A stretch of DNA of 64,000 nt from Octopus sinensis (GCF_006345805.1 NC_043015.1:13392001-13456000); one strand, 5' to 3'; counted from the first letter of the stretch, positions 12,014 to 24,437 are shown. Notes: a model not told the origin generated them from the letters alone. Made by a program: numbers and translations.

Positions 12014-12948
12014 CACCACACAGCTATTTACCACCCAGCCACTCCTATATTGATATCGAAGTCTGAAACTTAGAGACCAAACATTCCTTTGTGCAATGGT
12101 TGGTTGGAAGGTAGTAAGGAAATAGTTTATAAAGTCTAAGTAATGAACTGACTTTCATTTTTACCTTATATATGTCCAGCTACGATCTACATTATCCTCC
12201 TCTTTCCTGACACCTCACCATCATGATGGAAGATGACAACTATTATCTTATTACTAGTATCTCCTCTCCAATTAACTTCAGAGTATTTCATGCAGGATGA
12301 CAAAATCCTCCTTGGTAACTTGAATTCCAAAGTCAGGTAGTTTTATTGCATGAGAAATATTATAACATATGACTTCACAGTTGGAACATCAATAAAATGG
12401 ACTGATGGTTTTGAAGTAGTTCTCTGTTGGTTATAGCATGCATATATACTCCTAGTTTGCAAGCACTGAGTGTTCCAAAATCGTCTAGTTGCATGCTTTT
12501 TCGGGTTGCTGACAGTATCAGCATTCTTTGGTTAACAGGTACAGAATACATTCCTGTGATATCATGAACAGTAGGTTGTGTTTTTTGTAGAATATAACAC
12601 CAAGCATGTTTACATCTGAGTGGCACGATGAAAAGAAAGCTGAAACCATTTCAATTAAAGTATCATTATCATCATCCATTAGTGTTGCAGCAACTTGCTG
12701 TATATCAAGTGGATGCAGTACATTTTAGAAGTTGCAGCCTTCATGATGAAATAAGAGCATATTGGATGAAATAGAAGTTAGTGAGTTCAATCTTTGCAGG
12801 TTTAATTAAGAAAATGACCATGGAAAATATTTACACTTGATTGTGTTTGGTGATTAAATTGTTATAAAGATATTGCTTTACAAAGCAGAAACATAACATA
12901 AAACTTGTTGGAAAGCTAAGTCTGCCACCTAGAGATAGGATATTTCAG

Positions 12949-13174
12949 CGAGCTGGCAGAATCGTTAGCACGCTGGGCGAAATACTTAGCAGTATTTCGT
13001 CTGCCGTTACGTTCTGAGTTCAAATTCCGCTGAGGTCGACTTTGCCTTTCATCCTTTCGGGGTTGATTAAATAAGTACCAGTTACGCACTGGGGTCGATG
13101 TAATCAACTTAATCCGTTTGTCTGTCCTTGTTTGTCCTCTCTAAGTTTAGCCCCTTGTGGGTAGTAAAGAAATA
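12949..13174 (+). mobile_element. SINE family A
   Basis: A/B boxes. 12-bp TSD AGGATATTTCAG at 12937-12948 and 13175-13186. Confidence 0.9.
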
Positions 13175-13199
13175 AGGATATTTCAGTCAGCAATGATTT

Positions 13200-14400
13200 G
13201 TCAAAAGATTTGAGATGAAGATTGCTTTACACCTTCTGTAACATAGACTACACCATCTCAAAGAGATAAAGCTTATTTTTGGACTTGTATTAATAATATT
13301 AAAAAACAATGCAATAATGTACCACCTAAGATGAAGAGAGTTGCTTTAAAAAGCTCTCTGACAACATTCCAGATGGCATAATGTAGTTGCTGTCAACTTT
13401 ATATTTGGTGTATGAGATTGGTATATCACATGCCTCAATAGTAGTTACCACTCATTGCTATCATAGTGACTTCAACATGTTTAAATCATGTAAAAGAAGC
13501 ACTTCTTGCTCTCAGCTGGAAGGCAATCTGATCAAAGTACATGTCTAATAGTGGTGGGCCTAGAGTTCTTCAGTCTTCAGATAAAACTGTTCTGAATCAA
13601 TGCTTTTTGTGGTGACTTATTTTCATTATGTTTGTTTGCATTTTTGTGTCTAATGGTTGGGTGTATTTCATGTTTTTTGGTTGTGTTGGTAAGAAGAGAC
13701 ACAGTGGATTTGACTGGTGCTCTTTTAAGACCATAACTTTGGAATCAAGTTTTTAAACGATTGGTGTAAAGTTGGAGTAGGTGTGCACCTACAGCAGGAG
13801 AATGGGAGGAAGGGAAGATTATGTTGCCATTCTTTGAGTGAATGTGTTGAAGGATGTGGAAAGGTCATAGCAGTATCTGTTTAGAGGATAAGAAGATAAA
13901 TCTACTGGTATTGATTGCATTCATGAGGTTGAATATTTGAGATGTGAGCTTCATGTATACCACAGGTTTTGAGAATTGCGAAATATTGTTTTTATTTATT
14001 ATTTTTTTGCAAGTGTTTTGTGTTGCTTCTTCATGAAGTGTTTATATTTACAAGTGGGGTAATAGGTAATGGAGCCAAAATCTTTGCTGATGTTGATGGT
14101 TGTTAACAAGGTGTCTATAGAAGTTTGGTTGTTGAAACTTAGGGTAATATTAAGACTGATGCTTTTTTTTCTGTTAGATTTTGTTAGGTTTTAACTTTTG
14201 ATGATTTTAACCAGTTTCCCCACTTCTGAGGATTTGGCTGTGTCAGTATGAATAACTGAAGAGGTTGATAAAAGAATTCATTCCTTTTGGAGATTTTCTT
14301 ATTGCTTTTATGTTGTCTGACAGAAGGAACTGGTCATTGTATAGATGTCTGTAGCTTGAATTTTGTGTTCCTTTGTTTAATCCATCCTTATGAAGCCATT
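13200..14400 (-). mobile_element. Heavily decayed retroelement, possibly Penelope-like
   Basis: Strand-asymmetric composition. Only weak, interrupted similarity to Penelope RT-thumb/GIY-YIG regions. Confidence 0.3.
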
Positions 14401-15298
14401 CTGGAGTAACATGTTAACAATTTTTTTTTCTTTTTTTTTCTTTCTGAAAAATCAGTATCCCATTTATGAACAGATTAAGGAATATTATTATTGGAAAAGC
14501 ATACTTAATCTGTAGTATATTCTAAGAATTTGGTATAGACATTTTAAAATGACCAAGTAGATATTGCGCTATATTGCTAGTATATATTTCAGTTGTCTGT
14601 ATTTAATCACCTGCTCTACCTTTGGCTAAAGAAGGACTCTGTGGATGATAACAATGATGGTGATGATGATAATGATGGTGATGATGATGAAGATTCATAA
14701 TATAAAGCACTCTAGCTGTGATTATTCTGTCACTTTAGGGGTGTCTAGGGCTACATTATCCAACATGTCTTTTTGTTATTTAAAGTAGCAAAGGCAGCGA
14801 GCTAGCAGAATTGTTAGTGCTGCCGTATTTGCTTTTTGAGTTCAAATTCTGCCACGGTCAACTTTACTTTTCATCCTTTTAGTGTTGATAAGATAAGTAC
14901 TAATCAAGTACTGGGGTTGATGTAATTGACTAGCCCCTACCTCAGAAACTGCTGGCCCTGTGCCAAAATTTGAAATCATTATTTCAAATAGTAGGGTAAG
15001 AGTGAAAAAGATTTGGCTGCTCTTTCTAGTAGGTTAAGCAGCCTTAGTGTCTCTTCATGTATTACAGGTGATATAATTCATCAGTCTTGTTTTATAATAT
15101 TTACAATTTTAAATTTCCTAATACAATATGAAAAATCATGATTGAATCAGAGCAATGATTAAAATTAGACTCACAGTAAAAGTAGTAAAGTTGGTGTTAA
15201 TATATTTAATGCAAAAAGGCATTAAAAAGCTAACTATGAAGAGTTATGCAATGTTGAAAAGCAGTAATATTCAATAAATAATGTTTTAAATCAGTGTT

Positions 15299-15630
15299 TT
15301 ACTCTTTTATTTGTTTCAGTCAGTTGACTGCGGCCATCCTGGAGCACTGCCTTTAGTCAAGCAAATCAATCCCAGGACTTATTCTTTGTAAGTCTAGTAC
15401 TTATTCTATCGGTCTCTTTTGCTGAACTGCTAAGTTACTGGGATGTAAACACACCACATATATATATACATATATACGACGGGCTTCTTTCAGTTTCTGT
15501 CTACCAAATACACTCACAAGGCTTTGGTCAGCCCGAGGCTATAGTAGAAGACACTTGCCCAAGGTACCATGCAGTCGGATTGAACCCGGAACCATGTGGT
15601 CAGTAAGCAAGCTACTTACCACACAGCCAT
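15299..15630 (-). mobile_element. SINE family C
   Basis: Similar to 11601-12013, with an internal deletion. Confidence 0.8.
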
Positions 15631-16273
15631 TCATTTTAAAATATGGGTCCCTTTGATACCTATTTTACTTGGATAGACCCTCTTAAAATCATACTATATT
15701 TTTATTATTAAATATTAGGAATTGATTAGAAAAAACTTAAAATATTTTGTGCTTGTATAACTGATTTATTGCAGATAAATGTTAACAACAAAATCTTATG
15801 TGAACCCTAGTTGAGAACCGCTGTTTTAAATGAATAATTAAAAAATCATTTTTGGTAATAAGTTATTTACTAAAATACAATAGTGAAGAAATATTTGCTT
15901 TTTCCTTGTGAGAGAAAATTGTCAATTAAGGAGGCACAGGATTGTGAGCGATATGGCATTAAAGGGAAATAACTTGCAGTAGGAAAATGGGCTTTGTACG
16001 GAATGCTGTACTTCGTTCAGTACAATAAAATGAAGTTTTCAGTAGCGCCTAAAGAGATTCTGAGTTCTGAAGGCTCGTATATGGTTGTTGAGTCTCATAC
16101 AAAAGATGATTTTACAGTGAAATAATTAATGCTGAAAAATTAAATTGTATTATGGCTTTGGAACATCGAGAAGATGCAACCATTGCGAGTGTTTGTTGAA
16201 TAGAAAATGAATAAATACACTAAATACATATTTTACACAACTTCATTCTAAAATGGATTGAAAAATTCGAAGG

Positions 16274-16343
16274 ATTGTTTTGGTACAGTGGCAGAATGCC
16301 TGTCATGACTAGAGGAGGTGAGGATTCGAGTCCCACGAGCAGT
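16274..16343 (+). pseudogene. tRNA-like Pol III relic (pseudo-tRNA or SINE head)
   Basis: A-box TGGTACAGTGG and B-box GGATTCGAGTCC at tRNA-like spacing. The anticodon arm does not fold properly. Confidence 0.4.
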
Positions 16344-16430
16344 CTTCGTTATTCTATTCAAAAAGGTTTTCCAGCCCAATATTTATGTACTGTTAATTTA
16401 TAGCTTTATGTGTATGCTTCAAGATACCTA

Positions 16431-16655
16431 TTTCTTTATTACCCTCAAGGGGCTAAACATAGAGGGGATAAACAAAGACAGACATAGGTATTAAGTCGAT
16501 TACATCAACCCCAGTGCGTAACTGGTACTTAATTTATCGACCCCGAAAGGATGAAAGGCAAAGTCGACCTCGGCGGAATTTGAACTCAGAACGTAACGAC
16601 AGACGAAATACCGCTAAGCATTTCGCCCGGCGTGCTAATGTTTCTGATAACACGC
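16431..16655 (-). mobile_element. SINE family A
   Basis: Same consensus as 9108-9338, followed by a (TA)n tract at 16689-16793. Confidence 0.85.
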
Positions 16656-16688
16656 CCGTCAAATTTAGTTTGAGTTCTCTCGAAGACG

Positions 16689-16767
<79 letters not shown>

Positions 16768-17436
16768 GTATTATATATATATATATATATATATCTTGCA
16801 GATATATATCTTTCAGGCTTTATACCTCTTTCTACTATACTAGAAAAAGTTATGATTCGTTAAATTGTGTTGGGTACATTTTAAACGCTGTTGATATCCA
16901 TCAAGCTGAAATTTTAGCTTACAAGGGAGATAATTAGTAATCTCTTAGCATTTCAACTTAGGAATTATTCCCCTTGGATCAGATTACACTTACAGTGACT
17001 TCGTTTCTCGACATAGTAGTAAAAAGCGTTTTAGCAAAGTATTATTGAATGAAAATAAACTAGTGTTAAGTTCGTAAGAAAGTTCTTTTGGCGGTAATTT
17101 GCGAGTAAAGCAAACTTAATTTGAAAGGACTCATTTCATTGGTTGAAAAATATACTAGCCAAAGCCGTCTTGGTTTTTGACCGAAAATTATTCCAAAAGA
17201 TTGATTTTGGACGCTTCTAAAAATTTCTCATGAAGGTTATAAAAACCACAATTTTTCTGTTTTTTAGCGACATTTACGCTGGCCTCACGAAGCAATGTCT
17301 CTCACAGCATTGCCTGTCTCCTAGTGTTGAAATGTCTCTGACACTAACGTAAAAGACGGCGGCATTTTTCTCTATTATGACCTTAAATTATTTGTCCATT
17401 TTCTTGAGAATACTTTGATGAATTAGTTAAGGAATT

Positions 17437-17860
17437 GGATCTTTTCGGTTTGAACGGCAGTTTTTAACATAACTAAAAAATTTTAAACTTCGTATACTGA
17501 TAGAATGTGTTTATAAAACATCTTTTTCTCTTGGCTTTATTGAGAAAATTCTATAGTTTGTAAGATATTTGTTTTTCTTCTTCAATTTCTGCAATTTCAA
17601 CCAATCACTGGCGTCTATTGAGGTAAAAAACATTCTGTGCCGTATGAATATGTCCCTCGTTTAAGAAACAGATTGGGTTTCTTTACATTTGTGAAGAAAA
17701 AAAGATACCCTTCCTCTCACCCCTAACCCTAACCCTAACCCTAACTAACCCTAACCCTAAAACAGATTGAAATGCAATAGATCGATACTAGGGTCATAAT
17801 TATGGGTGACAATTTCATATGACACCGCTAGAAAAACTGCCGGTCAAACCGAATAGATCC
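17437..17860. mobile_element. MITE with 29-bp TIRs and 8-bp TSD (Merlin- or hAT-like) containing (CCCTAA)n
   Basis: TIR GGATCT(T/A)TTCGGTTTGA(A/C)CGGCAGTTTTT. TSD AAGGAATT at 17429-17436 and 17861-17868. Telomere-type repeats at 17721-17760. Confidence 0.85.
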
Positions 17861-18440
17861 AAGGAATTTTATTCTTGTCATCTCTTCACGAAATTTCTTA
17901 AAAGAAAAAAAAAACTAGAAAAATATATCTTTGCATTGCCTTGGCTGAATCTTTAAAAGTGATAGGGAGATTATTCCTGTTATATATGTTGCAATTGTAA
18001 TTATTTATTTCTATAAAATAAAAGAAGTATTAATCAAAATAATGTGACGCTGATCTTTTTGCGTTCGATAATGCTTGTTCTGTTAACTACTTCAAGTTGC
18101 AAGAGAAAGCCAGAAAAGAAAAAGATTTATACGTCACATACAGCATATCTTTACAACACATTCAGTTTGGTTTCAGTTAAAACCTTGCGGAGCTGTTGCA
18201 CCAAGACACATTATTATCTGCTTAAATCAACTGATCTGGATAATTGAATTTGCTTAGATAAGTAGAACAGTTGAACTGACAAGCAGAACTCATCTATATA
18301 GTTCAGTTAAAACATGTATATTATTTCTGTTTAAGATTAAGTACAGGCATCACCCGCATTACGGCTATCCTAACTATGAGATTTTCTACGCGAAGCAGTT
18401 GTAACGAATGTCCACTAATTTTGGAATTAAGATCAAAGTA

Positions 18441-18850
18441 GGCGCAGGAGTGGCTGTGTGGTAAGTAACTTGCTAACCAACCACATGGTTCCGGGTTCAG
18501 TCCCACTGCGTGGCATCTTGGGCAAGTGTCTTCTGCTATAGCCCCGGGCCGACCAAAGCCTTGTGAGTGGATTTGGTAGACGGAAACTGAAAGAAGCCTG
18601 TCATATATATGTGTATATATATATATATATGCGTGTGTTTGTGTGTGTGTGTTTGTTCCCCTAGCATTGCTTGACAACCGATGCTGGGGTGTTTACGTCC
18701 CCGTCACTTAGCGGTTCGGCAAAAAGAGACCGATAGAATAAGTACTAGGCTTACAAAAAGAATAAGTCCCGGGGTCGAGTTGCTCGACTAAAGGCGGTGC
18801 TCCAGCATGGCCGCAGTCAAATGACTGAAACAAGTAAAAGAGTAAAAGAG
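18441..18850 (+). mobile_element. SINE family C (full length)
   Basis: Head GGCGCAGGAGTGGCTGTGTGG, B-box GGGTTCAGTCC, central microsatellite, (GTAAAAGA)n tail. Confidence 0.9.
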
Positions 18851-18881
18851 TAGTTAAACATTTCAGAAGCTATAAATATAC

Positions 18882-19267
18882 GGTTAAAATATAGTTTAAC
18901 TCCCGGTCACCAGAGAAAAAAAAAGTCTAAAGTAAAATGTGCAGAAAACGAATATGAAAACACCTATTAAACTGAATGTCTTGAAGGAAAGAATCGGATC
19001 GTGTGAATTTTCCTAAAGTCCTCTCCCCACCTCTTCGGAAAACATTTGAATGGTATTTCTATGAAATGTAATTAATATATATCCATTTTCTTGAAAGTTA
19101 TGAGGGAAAAATCGGATCGTGTGAATTTTCCGAAAGTCCTCCATCAACCCTCCTCGTCTGCGCAAATTTTTGCTTTCATATTCGTTTTCTACACGTTTTT
19201 AATACCTATTAGACTGTTTTTTTTGTTTGTTTGTTTTGGTGACCGGGAGTTAAACTATATATTAACC
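18882..19267. mobile_element. MITE/foldback element with long TIRs
   Basis: GGTTAA(A/T)ATATAGTTTAACTCCCGGTCACCA inverted at both ends, extending imperfectly to about 90 bp. Internal direct repeat aatcggatcgtgtgaattttcc occurs twice. Confidence 0.75.
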
Positions 19268-19447
19268 AAATATACTTAATACATACATACCTACACATAT
19301 ATGTATATATGTATTCTGCATATATTTATGTATATCAGAAATATGTCTACGCACATTTTTGTATGCGTCACTATCTACAGTTACATAGAATGACGTGGTA
19401 ATTTTCGTCGTGAATATTTGTAGTATATTTTCTCAAGTCACGACGAA

Positions 19448-19448
19448 A

Positions 19449-19533
<85 letters not shown>

Positions 19534-19535
19534 CC
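19448..19535. repeat. (TATC)n microsatellite
   Basis: Direct reading. Confidence 0.95.
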
Positions 19536-19672
19536 TATTTGTCTGTCTGTCTGTCTATCCTCGGCCTGCTACCCGGCGTTGCTCGGTCAATAATGCACTA
19601 AATTGATTGTCAGTTTGCTCAGTTGTCTCAGTTTTAGACGCAGCAAATGATTTTAGCTCAATACAGGGCATA

Positions 19673-19848
19673 GGATTGGTTAAATTTCGAAAAATTAAAC
19701 TACGTTAAACTTATAAATTATAATTTTCTCAAGAAAGCCAAGAGAAAAAAATGTTTTCTTTTGACACATTCTACCAGTATATGAAGTTTAAAAGTGTTTA
19801 GTTAACTAGAAATTGTGTTGAAAACTGCCGTTCAAAAGGAAAAGATCC
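19673..19848 (-). mobile_element. One-ended fragment of the 17437 MITE family
   Basis: Ends aaaactgccgttcaaaaggaaaagatcc and matches the left half of 17437-17860 in reverse. Confidence 0.75.
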
Positions 19849-20178
19849 TTCAAAACTTCTCGACTTGAAAAAAAATGTCAAAGGAATGAATTAGAAAAAT
19901 TAAGCTGCCTCTATTGGCAATATATTTACAATACTCGGCACGTATTGTTGCGTGGAAAAATGCGAGCAAGAGAAATAATATTAAGATTATAAACCTGGAA
20001 AAGTACAGGACAAGTTATTACATTTGGAAAAGATCAAGACAATTTATTACATCTGGTAAAGTACAGAACAAGAAAATTTTTACTTAAAATATTGCTGCTA
20101 ACAATAAGAGTTTAAATAAAATATTTATATGTAGAAAATATTAGCTTTTATTAAAACTAAAAGTTTTATTACAAGTTA

Positions 20179-20522
20179 TCTCTATATATATAAACGGCAA
20201 AATGTGTGTGTGTGCGTGCGTGTCCTTTATACAAATCCACAATTTTTCAGTTAGAGGGTTCGCACTTTCTATGGTCATTCAAAACCGTCCAAGGGTGGTC
20301 GTGCACATCTTTACATTTCCCCAGTCACCCCGCAAAGCCATTAAAAAAATCAATAGAAGTGACTTTTTTATGAATTTTCTATCCAAAACCCAATCAAAAT
20401 GCCCGAAACTAATTGAATGCCAGCTAGCTGTATGTGATTGGTCGGAGATTTGGACAGTACTCGCGTGTATGTGCGCACGCACTCAGCTGTATGTGCATGC
20501 ACTAGCACTATGACCCGGCGTT
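20179..20522 (+). mobile_element. Non-autonomous Helitron-like element
   Basis: A|TCTCTATATATATAAACGGC 5' end like 57272. Ends at actagcactatgacccggcgtt, a half-hairpin. Confidence 0.55.
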
Positions 20523-20539
20523 ATCAGAGAGCTTAAATA

Positions 20540-20880
20540 AGCTCTCTGATAATGTGAGAGTTAAAGATATCCCCAAGTATACAGTTTCTTCGTTTCAGCC
20601 AATAGATCAAGGTGTGATGGCTAACTCCAGGTTAAATTTTCTGAGAAGTACTTTCAAACAACTTATAATAGCAATTCATAGGAAGATAAACCTACAGTTA
20701 GAGACATCTGGGAGAAGTTCAACATAATGGATGCTGTGGGTAATATTGCTGTGTCATAAGATGAAGAGAAATCTTCAAATTTGAATGCTTAGAAAAATAT
20801 GTGGCCAAACTGTATCTGTGACTTTAGTTTTCTACAAGGCGTTTTCCACAAGGCGAAAGTCTACATCCAATTCGATATGA
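20540..20880 (+). mobile_element. Tigger/pogo transposase (DDE) relic
   Basis: Reads NVRVKDIPKYTVSSFQPIDQGVMANSRLNFLRSTFKQL ... WEKFNIMDAV ... KNMWPNCICDF. QPxDQG is the pogo/Tigger motif. Confidence 0.75.
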
Positions 20881-20886
20881 TGTTGT

Positions 20887-20986
20887 NNNNNNNNNNNNNN
20901 NNNNNNNNNNNNNNNNNNNNNNNNNNNNNNNNNNNNNNNNNNNNNNNNNNNNNNNNNNNNNNNNNNNNNNNNNNNNNNNNNNNNNN
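20887..20986. other. Assembly gap (100 N)
   Basis: Run of exactly 100 N, typical of a scaffolding placeholder. Confidence 0.99.
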
Positions 20987-21850
20987 GTTTATTGACTATT
21001 TTCCAAAAAGTTGCACTATCAATGGAAATTATTATACCTTTTCCTGACTTTTCCTGACTCCCTTCGCCATATGTATTTAACAATGTAGGTCAAAAGAGTC
21101 ACACTATCAATGGAGATTACTATGCCAGTTTGTTGAGGCAGTTACGATAGACTATCAAGACCAAACGCTCTAATACTGTAGTTGACGTACATGAATGAAA
21201 ACATATACACTAACAGAGACCATAATCGTCCGAAAAGTGCAAATCGAGAATTCTTAATACTGACGCGTCAGTTTCGGCAATTTCCGTTGACTCATCAGTT
21301 AAGACAGCTCGACCGTTTGGCTTTTCCTGACTCGCTTCGCCATTTGTCTATTTAACGATGTAGGTGTATTTAACAATGTAGGTCAAAAGAGTTACACTAT
21401 CACTGGAGATTACTATGCCAGTTTGCTGAGGCAGTTACGAAAGACTATCAAGACCAACTATCCTGAAAACTGACGAAAGGTGTCTTGTATTATCAGGACA
21501 ACGCTGCAGCATAGGAGTCGTTGGTTTCAATGGCTGTTGTGAATGACTGTGGCTTTGAGTTGGTCGACAGCCGTCCTTAATCTCCTGATTTGGCACAATC
21601 TGACTATCATCTGTTCCCCAATATGAAAGACATTTGGCTGGGAACCAGTATCACAGTGATGATGAAGTCATATCTGCTGGGGATGACTCTTTTGACTAAT
21701 ATGATGTAAGTTTCTTTACCAATGGGATCCAAGCATTGCAACATTGGAAGAAGTGTGTAGATCGTAATGAGGACTATGTTGAAAAAGAAACCTCATTTGA
21801 TCACATTCCATAAGAGTATTTTGTTCAGCTTATGAACTTTTCAGCCCCCC
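20987..21850 (+). mobile_element. mariner transposase C-terminal relic (irritans-like) with internal duplications
   Basis: TINGDYYASLLRQLR, QDNA, SPDLAQSDYHLFPNMK and WKKCVDRNEDYVEK, corresponding to the DD34D mariner motifs. Confidence 0.85.
21252..21304 (-). ncRNA. Minimal type-I hammerhead ribozyme motif (canonical core)
   Basis: Minus strand reads TCTTAA CTGATGA GTCAACGGAAATTGCC GAAA CTGACGCGTCAG TA TTAAGA: 6-bp helix I, palindromic helix III, GUA cleavage triplet. Confidence 0.85.
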
Positions 21851-21935
21851 CCCCCCCACAGACTCACACGCACACACTAACACGCACACACTCACACACA
21901 TACATATATAAATAGATACGTGTGTGTGAGGTGTG

Positions 21936-21966
<31 letters not shown>

Positions 21967-22036
21967 TTATCTTTCTCACACACACTCTCTCTCTCTTTCC
22001 CTCTCTCTCTATATATATATTTATACACACACAAGT

Positions 22037-22270
22037 GGAGGCGCGTGGCTTAGTGGTTAGGGTGTCAGCAATATAATCGTAAGATTGTGGTTTCGATTCC
22101 TGGGCCGGGCGACGCGTTATGTTCTTGAGCAAAACGCTTCATTTCACGTTGCTTCAATCCACTCAGCTGGCAAAAATGAGTAACGCTGCGATGGACTGGC
22201 GTCCCGTCCAGCTGGGGAACACATACGCCATTGAAACCATGAGCCTGGCTAGGCTTTAAAAGGGGGCATT
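22037..22270 (+). mobile_element. SINE family D
   Basis: A-box TGGCTTAGTGG, B-box GTTTCGATTCC, CORE-like centre, and a tail shared with the 7573 copy. Confidence 0.8.
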
Positions 22271-23160
22271 TATTATTTTATATACATATATACATATATA
22301 TATGTACACACATACACATACATATAAATATATACATGCATGCATAAACAGTGATCGTATTAGTCTTAACTTAATCGAGTTAGCTCTCATCAAGTCGATG
22401 AAAGACCACGATTTTTCAGAATCAGCAAACTGCTGTGAATTTGAACTCAGACCGGTGAAATAATGAAGTTTAACAGAATAAATTATGCAATTTGACTTTC
22501 TAATAAGGTATTATCACTCTCACCCTTTGTGCAGGAGATATTAATGACTCCTTATAAGGCTTGGGGCGGGATGAAAGAAAAGTAAACAGTTATTTATGTC
22601 TCCCCAAAGTGTTAATAACGAAAATAAAGAGAAATGAATTCAAGAGAGCGTCGACCCCAGATCACACATTCAGATCACGGACAGCTTACATGCTACTTCA
22701 CAGGATTCGCCCTTGAGAACACACTAGGACACACACACACGATATATACACGCGCATACACACACAGAGTATGTGTGTGTGTAAGAGGGAGAGAGAGAGA
22801 GATGGAGAGGGAGAGAGAGATAGCGCAGGTCAGGTCGTTGTGAGATAAACTAGACTGTATAAATCCGGTTTTTACTCGAATGAGATAGCATTCATATCAT
22901 ATCTCATAGACTGGTCATTTGCAGAATATGTACACCGACACTGGTTAGCAATCTTTTGAGTACATGCAAAAGTATCACATCTACAATTATATTTATCTTT
23001 GATGATGGTGCATTTGCACGTAGAAGCACTTCTACCATTCTCCATATTCACAGGCGCGCACAGAAAATTATATGCATGTATGTATGTCTGCATGTATGTA
23101 TGTATGTATGCATGTATGAATGCATGTATGTATGCATGTATTTATGCATGTATGCATGTA

Positions 23161-23578
23161 TGCAGGAGTGGCTGTGTGGTATGGTAAGTAGCTTGCTAAC
23201 CAGCCACATGGTTCCGGGTTCAGTCCCACTGCGTGGTATCTTGTGCAAGTGTCTTCTGCTATAGCCCCGGGCCGACCAATGCCTTGTGAGTGGATTTGGT
23301 AGACGGAAACTGAAAGAAGCCTGTCGTATATATGTATATATATATATGTATGTGTGTGTGTTTGTGTGTCTGTGTTTGTTCCCCTAGCATTGCTTGACAA
23401 CCGATACTGGTGTGTTTACGTCCCCGTTACTTTGCGGTTCGGCAAAAAGAGACCGATAGAATAAGTACTGGGCTTACAAAAAGAATAAGTCCTGGGGTCG
23501 AGTTGCTCGACTAAAAGGCGGTGCTCCAGCATGGCCGCAGTCAATGACTTGAAACAAGTAAAAGAAAGAAAGAAAGAG
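23161..23578 (+). mobile_element. SINE family C (full length)
   Basis: Near-identical to 18441-18850. Confidence 0.9.
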
Positions 23579-23635
23579 AATATATATTTATATGAAATAA
23601 ATATAAATATATATTATATATTATATATATATTAT

Positions 23636-23711
<76 letters not shown>

Positions 23712-23897
23712 TATATATAAGGGCTTAGTAAAATAAATTACTTTGCCACATACTGAACTCATTAGAAATAGCAGCTAAAGAAATTTCTTCAGCTATTTCT
23801 AATACTTAAAGAAGATCTCTCTCAGATAGTGTTTGCCTAAACCAACTCACAAAAGTATGGGGGAAAAAACATTAAAAAATCAAGTGCAAAGGTTATT

Positions 23898-23949
23898 TGA
23901 GAACGTACGTTTCTAGATTAGTCAATTCGACATTTCTTTCTTCAGCTCA
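23898..23949 (-). ncRNA. Minimal hammerhead motif (left arm)
   Basis: TGAG CTGAAGA AAGAAATGTCGAATTGACTAATCTA GAAA CGTACG TT CTCA. Confidence 0.65.
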
Positions 23950-24385
23950 GAATTCCTTGAATCGGATTTGGGAACACTGAAAGTCGGGAGCATACCCTTT
24001 CGGCTTCTTTACTAAGCCCTTATATATAATTATATATATAATTTATTTTACTAAGCCCTTAATATAATGTAATATTTTGAATTCGCCTATAATGGTCCCT
24101 TTACATACTGAATACTTGGTGAAATTGATTAATAATTAATTAATTTTACCCTCAATTGTTGAAATTATAATTCATCTCTCTTTGCTAAATGCTGGCGGTT
24201 TTCACCGTTAATACATGGTGTTTGTCAACTTAACCCACGCTGGTGGAAAGGGGAGAGAGCAGAAATTCTTCGCTTGCATATTCGAATTTGATAGCACTTT
24301 TAGTTCGAGCAGAATTCTAGAGGTGATGAAGCCGAAAGGGTATGCTCCCGACTTTCAGTGTTCCCAAATCCGATTCAAGGAATTC

Positions 24386-24437
24386 TGAGCTGAAGAAAGA
24401 AATGTCGAATTGACTAATCTAGAAACGTACGTTTTCA
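24386..24437 (+). ncRNA. Minimal hammerhead motif (right arm)
   Basis: TGAG CTGAAGA ... GAAA CGTACG TT TTCA; helix I has one G.U pair. Confidence 0.65.

Noticed and set aside
18441-18520. tRNA-like heads of SINE families A, C and D as tRNA genes
   Set aside because: They continue into SINE bodies with tails and TSDs, and do not form full cloverleafs.
20799-21083. ORFs spanning the N run
   Set aside because: Artefacts of the assembly gap joining Tigger and mariner relics.
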